A DNA stretch of 64,000 nucleotides from Geminicoccaceae bacterium (lineage in GTDB: Bacteria > Pseudomonadota > Alphaproteobacteria > Geminicoccales > Geminicoccaceae): the NCBI GenBank assembly GCA_965222015.1, contig CBDCTL010000010.1, forward strand, positions 47,905 through 111,904, given 5' to 3'. Positions 30,148 to 39,036 of this stretch are shown here, one piece after another. The translations under genes and the position numbers were made by a program. Position 1 is the stretch's first letter. Every line of letters begins with the position of its first letter. The notes beneath the pieces were generated by a model. That model saw nothing but the letters and a program-made list of their open reading frames with translations, made no database searches and was not told the origin of the DNA.

Positions 30148-31701
30148 TCACAGGGCGAAGGCGGCGCGTTCCGCCGGATCGAGGGCGTTCACCAGCCTTT
30201 GCTCCCAATCGAGATAGAGACGGGACGCGGCGAGATCGCCGTCATGCCGTCCATGGGCGAAGCTGGTCACGTCTGCTGCCGCTGCCGGCGGCGGCGGCTC
30301 GACCTGCCTGAGCCTGGCGCCGGCTTTGCGCATCGCTTCGATGCCGCCGCGGACGAGCGCGAGGTCGTGGTGGCCGAGGCGGAGGAGTTCTTGTGCGCCG
30401 AGAGGCGCTTCCGGGCCGTCGTCGCCGATCAGCAGCAGGCGACCTTCGCCGGCGACGCCTTTGAGATGCGGGCGGATCGTCCAGGTCGAGCCGTCGACAT
30501 GGCCGGCCGCATGGCGTCCCGAAGGGCGAAGATCGAGAAGGCGAGCCCCGCCGCTTCGCATCTCGTCCAGCGCTGCCGCCGCCTCGATTTCGGGGATCGC
30601 CACAGGCGGCGCGTTTGGCCGATCTGGTGCGGCTATCGAGCGGAGGCGATCATCGATGCGCGCGACATGCACGTCGAAGCCCAGCATCCGAAGCCAGAAG
30701 GCGGCGAGCCCGGCGCGCAGGCCGAGATCGTCGGCCAGCACCAGCCTTGCGCGGCGCACCCCCACCCGGCGGTCGGTCGCCTGCACGATCTGGCCGGACC
30801 AGGCATGCTGGAAGGCGGGTAGCGGATCGGCAGCGGCTTCACCTGCTGAACGGACGTCGAAGACGAACGTCGTCCGCGTTCTGTCATCGAGAAAAGCGGT
30901 GATGTCGGACGAGGTGGCCAATGGGATGTTTTCCGCGGCGAGAAAGGCGTCCGCGCGGGTACGGGTCTCGGTCGTCTGATCGGGTGTCAGATCGGGCAGG
31001 GGGGGCGGCTCATTGCCGCGCGAAAGCTCGAAGCCGGCCAGCGCCCAACCCTGGGTGCCGTTTTCGAGGGCGTAGACCTCCCGGTCCGGCGCGACGCGAG
31101 AAAGTCCGAGAAAACCGATGATGCCGCGGGTGCGGCCGGCGCAGGTCATGACGATCGGCTTTTTCGCATCGAGCGCCGGCAGGCGGTGGGCGATCTCGCC
31201 ATTGGGCAGGCAGGCGGCGCCGGGCACGGTCATTTTCTCGTATTCGCCCGGCGGGCGGCAGTCGAACAGCGAAAAATCCCGGCCTTCGCGCTGCCAGGCG
31301 GCCAGCGTCTGGGCATCCACCATGTTCGGATGCCAGCGCGCTTCGGCGAGTTCGCCGAGCGTTTTCGAGGGCACGTTCACGCCTTTGAACAGCGTCAAGC
31401 CAGCGGCGGCCCAGCCCGGCGTGCCGCCTTCGACGATGGCCACGTCACGATAGCCCATCGCGGCGAGCGCTTCGGCGCCCGCCTCCGCGATGCCGTCGCC
31501 GCCGTCGATCAGGATGACGGCAACGTCCAGCCTCGGCACCAGCTGTCCGACCCTGGCCTCGAGCGTGCTGTAGGGCGTCGGCACCGCGAACAGCGGATGC
31601 CCTTCGGAAAACGGCCCCGCTTCACGCAGATCGAGAAAGGCGATCTCCCCCTCACCGAGCACCCGGCGGTTCGCCTCCCTTGGCTCGAGCAAGTTCCTCA
31701 T
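30148..31701 (-). CDS. Multi-domain rhodanese-like sulfurtransferase
   Basis: Repeated rhodanese-like modules (FLDLREAGPFSEGHP; LFDCRPPGEYEKMTVPGA). Active-site-type loop is CAGRTRG. ATG 31701 avoids overlap with the upstream TauE gene; the ORF-track start is GTG 31731. Confidence 0.8.
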   Translation of the reverse strand: MRNLLEPREANRRVLGEGEIAFLDLREAGPFSEGHPLFAVPTPYSTLEARVGQLVPRLDVAVILIDGGDGIAEAGAEALAAMGYRDVAIVEGGTPGWAAAGLTLFKGVNVPSKTLGELAEARWHPNMVDAQTLAAWQREGRDFSLFDCRPPGEYEKMTVPGAACLPNGEIAHRLPALDAKKPIVMTCAGRTRGIIGFLGLSRVAPDREVYALENGTQGWALAGFELSRGNEPPPLPDLTPDQTTETRTRADAFLAAENIPLATSSDITAFLDDRTRTTFVFDVRSAGEAAADPLPAFQHAWSGQIVQATDRRVGVRRARLVLADDLGLRAGLAAFWLRMLGFDVHVARIDDRLRSIAAPDRPNAPPVAIPEIEAAAALDEMRSGGARLLDLRPSGRHAAGHVDGSTWTIRPHLKGVAGEGRLLLIGDDGPEAPLGAQELLRLGHHDLALVRGGIEAMRKAGARLRQVEPPPPAAAADVTSFAHGRHDGDLAASRLYLDWEQRLVNALDPAERAAFAL

Positions 31702-31714
31702 GTGTGGACCACAC

Positions 31715-32470
31715 TCATGTGCGGATGGCACTCCAAATCAATGAGGCGCCGCCCAGGACGATCAGGGCTTCGATGAAGATGGTGTGGACCTTGACCGAGG
31801 TGCGGCGCACCAGCCAGGCGCCGGCCCAGGTGCCGGGCACGGTGCAGAGGCCCATGGCGACGGCGAGCAGGAACAGCTGCAGCGAGAGCGCGTCGAGGGA
31901 ACCGAAGAAGATGACCTTGGCGACGTTGACCAGGACCGCGATCATGCCGTCGGTGGCGAGGAGGGCAGGGCCGGTGAGACCGAGGCCCATGAGCATCGGG
32001 ATCACCAGCATGCCGGCGCCGACGATCACGGAGGACAGAAAGCCGAAGACGCCGGAGACGGCGACGATCTGGGGGCGGGACGGCGTGATCTTCTGGCCTT
32101 CGATCCAGCGGCGGATCGGGATCGAGGCGATCAGCATGAGACCGAGCAGGACCTGCACGAGGGCGCCTTCGAGGCGGACATAGACCAGAGCGCCGAGGGC
32201 CGACATGGGCACGGCGACGCCGGCGATCAGCCCGACCTTCTGCAGCTGCAGACCCTCGCGGTAGAACCAGACGCGGCTGGCATTGTTGATCAGCATCAGC
32301 ACCGAGATGACGGGAATGACCGCCTTTGCGCCGATGATCGGCGTGATGAACAGGGTCACGATCATGCCCGCCCCCATGCCCGACACGCTGCCGAGCATCG
32401 CGGCGACGAAGCAGACGGCCACACCTGCGACCATGGTCGACGGCGCGAGCGTGGCGAGCGACGGCTCCAT
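31715..32470 (-). CDS. TauE/SafE-family sulfite-exporter-like membrane protein
   Basis: 251 aa from ATG 32470. MLGSVSGMGAGMIVTLFITP, 7-8 hydrophobic spans, GTWAGAWLVRR. The ORF track fuses it in frame to the upstream MmgE/PrpD C-terminus. Confidence 0.8.
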   Translation of the reverse strand: MEPSLATLAPSTMVAGVAVCFVAAMLGSVSGMGAGMIVTLFITPIIGAKAVIPVISVLMLINNASRVWFYREGLQLQKVGLIAGVAVPMSALGALVYVRLEGALVQVLLGLMLIASIPIRRWIEGQKITPSRPQIVAVSGVFGFLSSVIVGAGMLVIPMLMGLGLTGPALLATDGMIAVLVNVAKVIFFGSLDALSLQLFLLAVAMGLCTVPGTWAGAWLVRRTSVKVHTIFIEALIVLGGASLIWSAIRT

Positions 32471-33868
32471 GCAGGCGACCCCGATCAGGCGCCGAGCGTG
32501 GCGAGCGGGTGAGCCGTCGAACGGCGCGTCCTCGGTGAAGAGAGCCGTGGCAAAGTCTTCAAGTAAGCCTGAAGCCGCTGGCTTCCGGCCGGCGAAGGTG
32601 AGGTTCGCGGTGGCTTTGGCGAGGATGTTTTCGCGGGTCATCGGCTCCTTCGTGCCGCCGCGAAGCTGGCCCTGGCGCTCCTCGACCACGCTGCCGTCCA
32701 CCATCTCGGCGCGGATATGGCCGGTGTAGTTTTTCGGGTACTCGTCGTCCGGATTGATCACGTAGGAGACCTTGGCGGCGAGCGCGAAGGCGCGCGGGTC
32801 GTTCACCGCCTCGTCCGTGAACTGGGCGAGGCCGGCGTCGCCGTGCAGGAGGCCGGCGGCGATGGTGTAGGGCGAAGAGAATTTGGCGGCGTAGGAGGTC
32901 GGCGGCTTTCGCTTGAGATCGAGCGGTTCCCAAAGGCGATGCACCGTGCCCTCGCCGACCTCGCAGGTGATTCTTTTCGATGTTGTCGGGATCGATGCCC
33001 TTCTGCTCTGAGACCGCACGGCGCAGTCGATGAAGGGCTGGGTCATGGTCCCGCAGGCGTATGGCTTGAACGCGACGTTCGCCGCCTGCCAGGTCTCGCC
33101 GAGGTCCCTGAGTCAACGGCGCAAAAGTCTGGGCTCGATCGAGGGGGCGAAGGCGGCGTAGAGGCCGTGCACGCCTTCGAACACCGTGCCCGGTCCCTTG
33201 AAGCCGGCAGCACCCATCTGGGCGGCACGGATGCCGGACTGCGCGGCCCATCCGGCATGCAGGCGCTTGGTCCAGCTGCCGTCGGCGAGATATTCGATGA
33301 TGCCAGCCGCCATCGACCCGGCGACGCCGAGCGTGTCCCGGATTTTTTCAGGCGTCTGCCTCATCGCCGCGGCGACGCCGGCCGCCGCTCCCATGGTGCC
33401 GAGAATGGCTGTCGGGTGAAAGCCCGCGGCATGCACGCCCTTGCCGGCGACCATGCCGAGCCGATTGGCGACTTCGATGCCGACCACCAGTCCCTTGGCG
33501 ACGTCGGCCTTGGAGAGCTGCAGGGCCTCGCCGGCGGCGAACAGCGCCGGCACCACGGCGACGCCGGAATGCACCGGACAGCCTTCGAAGGTGTTGTCGT
33601 AATCCTCGCCATGGCCGCAGGTGCCGTTGATCACGGCGGCGCCCGCAGCGTCGAAGTTTTCGTCGACTCCCCAGACCGTACAGGCGCCGCGGGCATCGAA
33701 CGCCTGACGCACGGCGCGGCCGTAATCGGTTTCCAAGGCCGCGATGGTCAGCGCCACGGTGTCGATCACCGTGTTTTCGATCGCGGCACGCGCGGCCTCC
33801 GGAATGCCGGCGAGGTCGAGGTCGGCGATCCATTCGGCAAGCTCGCCGGAGCGCGTCTGTCCAGTCAA
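32471..33868 (-). pseudogene. MmgE/PrpD-family gene, disrupted
   Basis: Starts at TTG 33868 after GAAGGAG. It has an in-frame TGA at 33113-33115 within ...FAPSIEPRLLRR*LRDLGETWQAANVAFKPYACGTM. The 32972-33013 segment only matches the paralog after removing three single inserted bases. There is no stop codon before the TauE ATG. Confidence 0.7.
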
Positions 33869-33879
33869 AAAAAACTCCT

Positions 33880-35262
33880 TCAGTGGCGAAAGGCGGCGAG
33901 GTCGCTGAGATCCGGGGCCCGGGCGAGGCCTTGGCAGAAGGCCAGCAGGGCCTCGGCGCATTCCCGGCTGCAGCCGCCATGCTCGGCGTTCGAGAAAAAT
34001 TTCCGGACGATGTCGTCGTCGGTCAGCGGCTCGTGCGTGCCGCCGCGCATGTGGGGCTGATCGTAGCGCAGCACCTCGCCGGAGCGGAGGGTCACGCGGA
34101 GATGCCCGGAGTAGTTCCTGGGATACTCGTTCTCGGGATCGATGCGGTAGCTGATCTTTTCTGCCAGCGCCAGAAGGTGCGGCTCATGCACTTTCGCATC
34201 TGCAAACTGGGCAAGCCCGGCGTCGTCCTCGTAAAAACCGAGCGCCATGCAAAAGGGCATCGAGAACTTGGCGGCGTAGCCGGACGGCGGGCGGTGCTTG
34301 GCGTCGAGCGGCTCCCAGAGGCGATGCACCAGCCCCTCGCCGGTGTCGCAGACGATGCTCTCGATATCCTCGGCTTTGATGCCGTCCCGGCCGAGCTTTC
34401 TCGCGCAGTCGATATAAGGATGGATCATGGTGCCGCAGGCGTAAGGCTTGAACACGATTCTCGTCATGTACCAGTCCTCGCCGAGGCCGTCGGTGAGGTG
34501 GCTGTAGTCCGGTATCGCGGTCGGCGCGAAAGTACGAAAAAAGTTGTGGGCGCCGTCGAACACGGTTCTGGGTGCAAAAAAACCGGTCTTCGCGATCAGC
34601 GCCGCCTTCAGCCCCGATTGTGCCGCCCAGCCCGGATGCAGGCGCTTGGTCCAGGCGCCGTCGGTCAGATATTCGATGATGCCTGAAGAGAAACTGGCGG
34701 CGATGCCGAAGGCGGCGGTCAGTTTCTCGCGGTCGAGGCCGAGCGCGACGCCGGCCCCGGCAGCGGCGCCGAGTGCCCCGATCACGCCTACGGGGTGGAA
34801 CCCGGCGCGGTGCATGTGGCCGGCGGCGACGTGGTTGAGGCGACAGATCGCTTCGAGACCGGCGACGATGCCGAGCTGGGTGCGGGCGCCCGACAAGCCA
34901 TGGCGCTCGGCGGCGGCGAGGACCGCCGGAATGACCATGGCGCCGACACGGATGGGCGCACCTTCAAGGGTGTCGTCGAAATCCTCGCCGTGAATGGCGA
35001 CGCCGTTGGCGAGCGCCGCGTCCTGCGCGGACAGCGCTTTCGTCTGGCCGATCGCGGTGCAGGGGCCGTCGCCATCGGCACTTTCCAGAATCTGGCACAT
35101 ATAGACGGAGCGCCGCGCGGCGAGGCAGAGGCCGGCGGCATCGATCAGATCGCGGGTCGCGATGTAGGTGACGTCGGAGGGCAGCGCATCGGGCGCGAGG
35201 CCGGCGAGAAAAGCCGAAAAATTTTCTGCGACCGTGATCTCATTTCCGTCCCGATCCACCAT
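33880..35262 (-). CDS. MmgE/PrpD-family protein (2-methylcitrate-dehydratase-like)
   Basis: 460-aa intact ORF. AIHGEDFDDT, GFHPVGVIGALGAAAG, GWAAQSG, FKPYACGTMIHPYIDC. Confidence 0.9.
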   Translation of the reverse strand: MVDRDGNEITVAENFSAFLAGLAPDALPSDVTYIATRDLIDAAGLCLAARRSVYMCQILESADGDGPCTAIGQTKALSAQDAALANGVAIHGEDFDDTLEGAPIRVGAMVIPAVLAAAERHGLSGARTQLGIVAGLEAICRLNHVAAGHMHRAGFHPVGVIGALGAAAGAGVALGLDREKLTAAFGIAASFSSGIIEYLTDGAWTKRLHPGWAAQSGLKAALIAKTGFFAPRTVFDGAHNFFRTFAPTAIPDYSHLTDGLGEDWYMTRIVFKPYACGTMIHPYIDCARKLGRDGIKAEDIESIVCDTGEGLVHRLWEPLDAKHRPPSGYAAKFSMPFCMALGFYEDDAGLAQFADAKVHEPHLLALAEKISYRIDPENEYPRNYSGHLRVTLRSGEVLRYDQPHMRGGTHEPLTDDDIVRKFFSNAEHGGCSRECAEALLAFCQGLARAPDLSDLAAFRH

Positions 35263-35353
35263 CGACGACCCCCGCCAAGCTTTTGCGATTGGTTTATTGG
35301 CACGACGGCGCTAGGCCTGTCCATGGCGCCAGCGTGCTTCGAGGGAGGAGATC

Positions 35354-36115
35354 ATGACCGTGACATCGCCTATGGAAAGCCTGGAGGGTGCGGTCGCCCT
35401 GGTGACGGGCGCGTCGCGGCGCATCGGCCGCGCGACCGCGCTCGGCCTCGCCCGCCACGGTGCCGATCTGGTGGTCACCGCACGATGGGCGAAGGACGAG
35501 ATCGAGGCGGTGGCTGGGGAGATCCGAGCGCTCGGCCGAAAGGCGACCGTGGCGATGGGCGACGTCACGGACGAAGCGGACGCGGCGCGCATGGTTCAGG
35601 AGGCGAAGGCCGCTCACGGCCGCATCGACATTCTCGTGAACAACGCCGCCGTCCGCCGCCAGGCGCCGTTTCTCGAGATGACGCTCGCCGAATGGCGCGA
35701 GATCAACGCCGTGATCCTGGACGGCGCCTTCCTGATGAGCCGCACGGTGCTGCCCGTGATGCTCGAAAACGGCGGCGGCACCGTGGTCAATATCGGCGGC
35801 ATGACCGGCCATACCGGTGCCAGGGAACGCGCCCATGTCTGCGCCGCCAAGGCCGGCATCGTCGGCCTGACCAAGGCGATCGCCGTGGAGTTCGCGGATC
35901 GGGGTATCACCGCGAACTGCGTCGTGCCCGGCAAGATCGGCGGCAAGAGGTCGGCGACCTCGGGGGCTTCTCCGGACGTCGGTGCGTCCATTCCGCTCGG
36001 GCGTGAGGGCGAGATCGAGGAGGCGGCCGGCGTGGTCGTGTCCATGTGCCTGCCCTATTCGCGCTTCATGACCGGGCAGTCCGTGCATGTCTCGGGCGGG
36101 CTCTATCTGCCGTGA
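35354..36115 (+). CDS. SDR-family oxidoreductase
   Basis: ALVTGASRRIGRATALGLARHGADLVV (TGxxxxIG), NNAA, and an AAKAG-type catalytic region. 253 aa. Confidence 0.9.
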   Translation: MTVTSPMESLEGAVALVTGASRRIGRATALGLARHGADLVVTARWAKDEIEAVAGEIRALGRKATVAMGDVTDEADAARMVQEAKAAHGRIDILVNNAAVRRQAPFLEMTLAEWREINAVILDGAFLMSRTVLPVMLENGGGTVVNIGGMTGHTGARERAHVCAAKAGIVGLTKAIAVEFADRGITANCVVPGKIGGKRSATSGASPDVGASIPLGREGEIEEAAGVVVSMCLPYSRFMTGQSVHVSGGLYLP

Positions 36116-36169
36116 CGAGGAAGCGGCGCCGGGCGATATCGGGTGGACCGGCGTTGCCTTCTGCCAGGC

Positions 36170-36452
36170 GGGCGGTGGAGAGCAGCAGCCAGAGGGCGGC
36201 TTTGTTCTTGTCCTGCAATGTCAAAAGACCCGACGTCGCGAGCAGGATCATCACCAGGAAGGCGATACCGCCGAGGGCCGTGAAGTCGCGGCCAATTTCC
36301 TCGATCCATCCGGGGCCGATCAAATTGGAGAGATCGACGGCGTCGCGCATCCAAAGGAGGATGGCCTCGTCGAAGCGGCGGGTCTCGCCTTCCAGCACCT
36401 CGGCGGCAAGTTCGACGAACCCTCAGACGGCGCCGAGCAGAGAACGGGCCAC
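36170..36452 (-). pseudogene. N-terminal remnant of a PAP2-family phosphatase
   Basis: ...ARSLLGAV*GFVELAAEVLEGETRRFDEAILLWMRDAVDLSNLIGPGWIEEIGRDFTALGGIAFLVMILL resembles PAP2 N-termini. There is an in-frame TGA at 36423-36425. Similarity ends at ~36170, where the sequence becomes antisense to the SDR 3' end. No catalytic motifs are present. Confidence 0.4.
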
Positions 36453-36621
36453 GGTTCCGCCGGTAGCTCGGCGCCGTCAGGCTGCGCGCTGCCATCCGCG
36501 CAAAGATCGATCCGGGCCGCGCAATTGTCCATGCGGGTCTGGAACCGCATGCAACCCTGTGTGTTCCCCTGATGTCACGTCACGGCCGACGAACCATGAA
36601 CCGAAAGGAGGCCGTCCGCCC

Positions 36622-36708
36622 ATGGGTGCGTTCCTGCTCCAGCTTATCGGCATCATCATCATCATCGGACTCATCATCATCGTGCTCCTGTTCAAGCTGA
36701 TTTTCTGA
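36622..36708 (+). CDS. 28-aa hydrophobic peptide (hypothetical)
   Basis: AAGGAGG at 36605-36611, then a 10-nt spacer to ATG 36622. The product MGAFLLQLIGIIIIIGLIIIVLLFKLIF is a single TM helix. It sits 45 nt upstream of the DUF2959 gene. Confidence 0.35.
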   Translation: MGAFLLQLIGIIIIIGLIIIVLLFKLIF

Positions 36709-36753
36709 TAGTGATCGGGCTTCTGTCATGAGCTTTCGTCGAGAGGTGTTTCC

Positions 36754-37422
36754 GTGTCTGCAGCTAGAGGCTCGTCGTTCTCCGTCATCATCGCCGCCTG
36801 CCTTCTTCTGTCCGGCTGCCAGAGCGCCTATTACGGTGCGCTCGAGCGTATCGGGATCGAGAAACGCGATGTGCTGGTCAGCCGTGTCGAATCGGCCCAG
36901 GGATCGCAAAAGGAGGCGCAGCAGGAGTTCCGCTCCGCGCTCGAAGAGTTTCAGTCGGTCGTCGGTTTCGATGGCGGCGATCTCGAGGACCAATATGACA
37001 GGCTCGCCGACGCCTATGACGACGCGAACGACCAGGCCGAGGACGTTCGCGAGCGCATCGAGGCGGTCGAGGATGTCGGCGAGGCGCTGTTTGCCGAATG
37101 GACCGACGAGCTCGACCGCTACCAGGACCAGGGACTTCGACGGCAAAGCGAAAGCCGGCTTCGGGAGACAAGAGGGCAGTTCGACGCGCTGGTGAAAACC
37201 ATGAACCGCGCAGCCGAACGCATGGGTCCGGTGCTGGCCGTGCTGCAGGATCAGGTGCTCTATCTCAAGCACAATCTCAACGCCCGGGCGATCGCGTCGC
37301 TGGAGGTCGAGCGCGCCAATCTCGAGCAGCGGGTCGAGACGCTGATCGTCGACATGGAGAACGCCATTCAGGAAGCCGAACGCTTCATCAACGCGATGGG
37401 CGAGGGCGGGGCATCGGCGTAA
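36754..37422 (+). CDS. DUF2959-family lipoprotein
   Basis: GTG start 7 nt after GAGAGG. Lipobox LLLSGC. YYGALERIGIEKRDVLVSRVE... followed by helical acidic repeats, as in DUF2959 proteins. Confidence 0.75.
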   Translation: MSAARGSSFSVIIAACLLLSGCQSAYYGALERIGIEKRDVLVSRVESAQGSQKEAQQEFRSALEEFQSVVGFDGGDLEDQYDRLADAYDDANDQAEDVRERIEAVEDVGEALFAEWTDELDRYQDQGLRRQSESRLRETRGQFDALVKTMNRAAERMGPVLAVLQDQVLYLKHNLNARAIASLEVERANLEQRVETLIVDMENAIQEAERFINAMGEGGASA

Positions 37423-37488
37423 TGGTCGTTTTTCGACGGCGATATCATATGAAGAAGGTGACGTCGTCCGCCCACCGTCAGCTTCGCG

Positions 37489-39012
37489 ATGGACGAGACC
37501 ATGAACGCTGCTGACGCCGCCCCGAAGGACCTCGACGCCGCGACCCGCAAGGAGCTCTGCGACCTTGCCAGGGAGCGCGGGATCGAGGGCTGTTCGTCCA
37601 TGACCAAGGTCGAGTTGCGTGAAGCGCTGCAGCGCCATGGCCGGGACGGGGTGGAAAGGGCGGCGTCGCGCGTCGAGGCGTTTCGCTCCCTCGCCGAGGC
37701 TGCGGCCAGGGGCGAGTTCGTGATGCTGCCGCGGTTGCTCGTCGGCAATGATCGTCGTTTGCATGTGCGTCAGACGCTGCGGGAGGATCATCAGACCCGG
37801 ATCGCCGACAGATCCGAAGACGTCATAGTCAAGTTCGACAAGCTCGCCGGCTCGCTTTTTTCCTTCTTCCGCGGCACCGCCTTTCTCTTTTACCGCGACA
37901 TGGCCGGCGAGGACGCCTGGATGCCGACGGTGCTCACTTTGGGCGACGTGCATCCCGAGAACTTCGGGGTGATGCCCAATGCCCACAACGTGCCGATCTT
38001 CGGCGTCAACGATTTCGACGAGGCCTATTACGCGCCCTTCACCTGGGATCTGAAACGGGGCGCCGTCGGCTTCATGATCGGTGCGGAGGAGGAAGGGGGT
38101 CATGGCAGGAAGCGCCAGAAAAAAATCGCGCGGCACTTCGTCGAAGGCTATGTCGACGGCATTCGCGGTTTCGCCGAGAAAGGCAACGAGATCGACCATG
38201 AGCTTCGTATCGACAACGCGCCCAAGCTGATTCGAAAGCTGATCGAAAACTCCTTGGAGGACCGCGAGTCATGGCTGCTCGACGACTATCTCGACGAGTT
38301 CAAGCGAGGCTTTCGTTCCGATGAGGACCTCGTGCCGCTGTCGAAGCGCCGGGGCGAATTCCAGGAGCTGATCGATCGTCTGGTCGAGGAGCGCGGCATC
38401 GAGCCGCCGGCGCGCGCCGGCGAGATGCGGGTCAAGGATGTGGCAATGCGGCGGGGGCAGGGCACGGCGTCGCTTGGTCTGCCGCGCTATTACGTGTTGA
38501 TCGAGGGCAAGCGCGCCGACGGCAGCGACGATCTGATCATCGAGTTCAAGCGCGCGCGGCGATCGGCGCTGGCCGGCCTCGCGCCGCCGACGAATCACCA
38601 GTTCGACACGCCCGGTGATCGCATCGCCCACGCCCAGTCGGTCCAGCTGGTCCGGGGCGACATTTTCTACGGCAGCATCGACTTCGAGGGCATGAGCTTC
38701 ATGAGTAGGGAGCGAGCTCCCTATCGCGGCGACATCGATCTCGACGATCTTTCCAAGAAGGGCTGGAGCGAATATGCGGGGATCTGCGGCCGCATGCTGG
38801 CTCACGCGCATTCACTGTCCGATGAGATCGGCGCATTCGACCACGATATCGAGCCCATGATCCTTAAGGCGATCGGCCCGCGGGACCTGTTCGTCGACGA
38901 CATCGTCCGCTTTGCCGATGACGCTGCCGAACGGATCCGTCGCGACCATGAAGCTTTCAAGGCGGATCACGAACTCGGGGCCTTCCGCGATGTCGACATC
39001 ATCTATCGCTGA
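37489..39012 (+). CDS. DUF2252-domain protein with N-terminal Rho_N/SAP-like helix-extended-helix motif
   Basis: TRKELCDLARERGIEGCSSMTKVELREALQRH at the N-terminus, then GDVHPENFG...FGVNDFDEA...WDLKR, typical of DUF2252. The start (37489 or 37501) is uncertain. Confidence 0.75.
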   Translation: MDETMNAADAAPKDLDAATRKELCDLARERGIEGCSSMTKVELREALQRHGRDGVERAASRVEAFRSLAEAAARGEFVMLPRLLVGNDRRLHVRQTLREDHQTRIADRSEDVIVKFDKLAGSLFSFFRGTAFLFYRDMAGEDAWMPTVLTLGDVHPENFGVMPNAHNVPIFGVNDFDEAYYAPFTWDLKRGAVGFMIGAEEEGGHGRKRQKKIARHFVEGYVDGIRGFAEKGNEIDHELRIDNAPKLIRKLIENSLEDRESWLLDDYLDEFKRGFRSDEDLVPLSKRRGEFQELIDRLVEERGIEPPARAGEMRVKDVAMRRGQGTASLGLPRYYVLIEGKRADGSDDLIIEFKRARRSALAGLAPPTNHQFDTPGDRIAHAQSVQLVRGDIFYGSIDFEGMSFMSRERAPYRGDIDLDDLSKKGWSEYAGICGRMLAHAHSLSDEIGAFDHDIEPMILKAIGPRDLFVDDIVRFADDAAERIRRDHEAFKADHELGAFRDVDIIYR

Positions 39013-39036
39013 CGTCGCGAAATCGCGATCGCGGGA

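Noticed and set aside
33113-33115. In-frame TGA (also 36423-36425) as selenocysteine or Trp recoding.
   Set aside because: No SECIS-like hairpin is evident, and neither enzyme family is a known selenoprotein. Both genes carry additional lesions (indels, truncation). All other genes in the window terminate normally, including at TGA.
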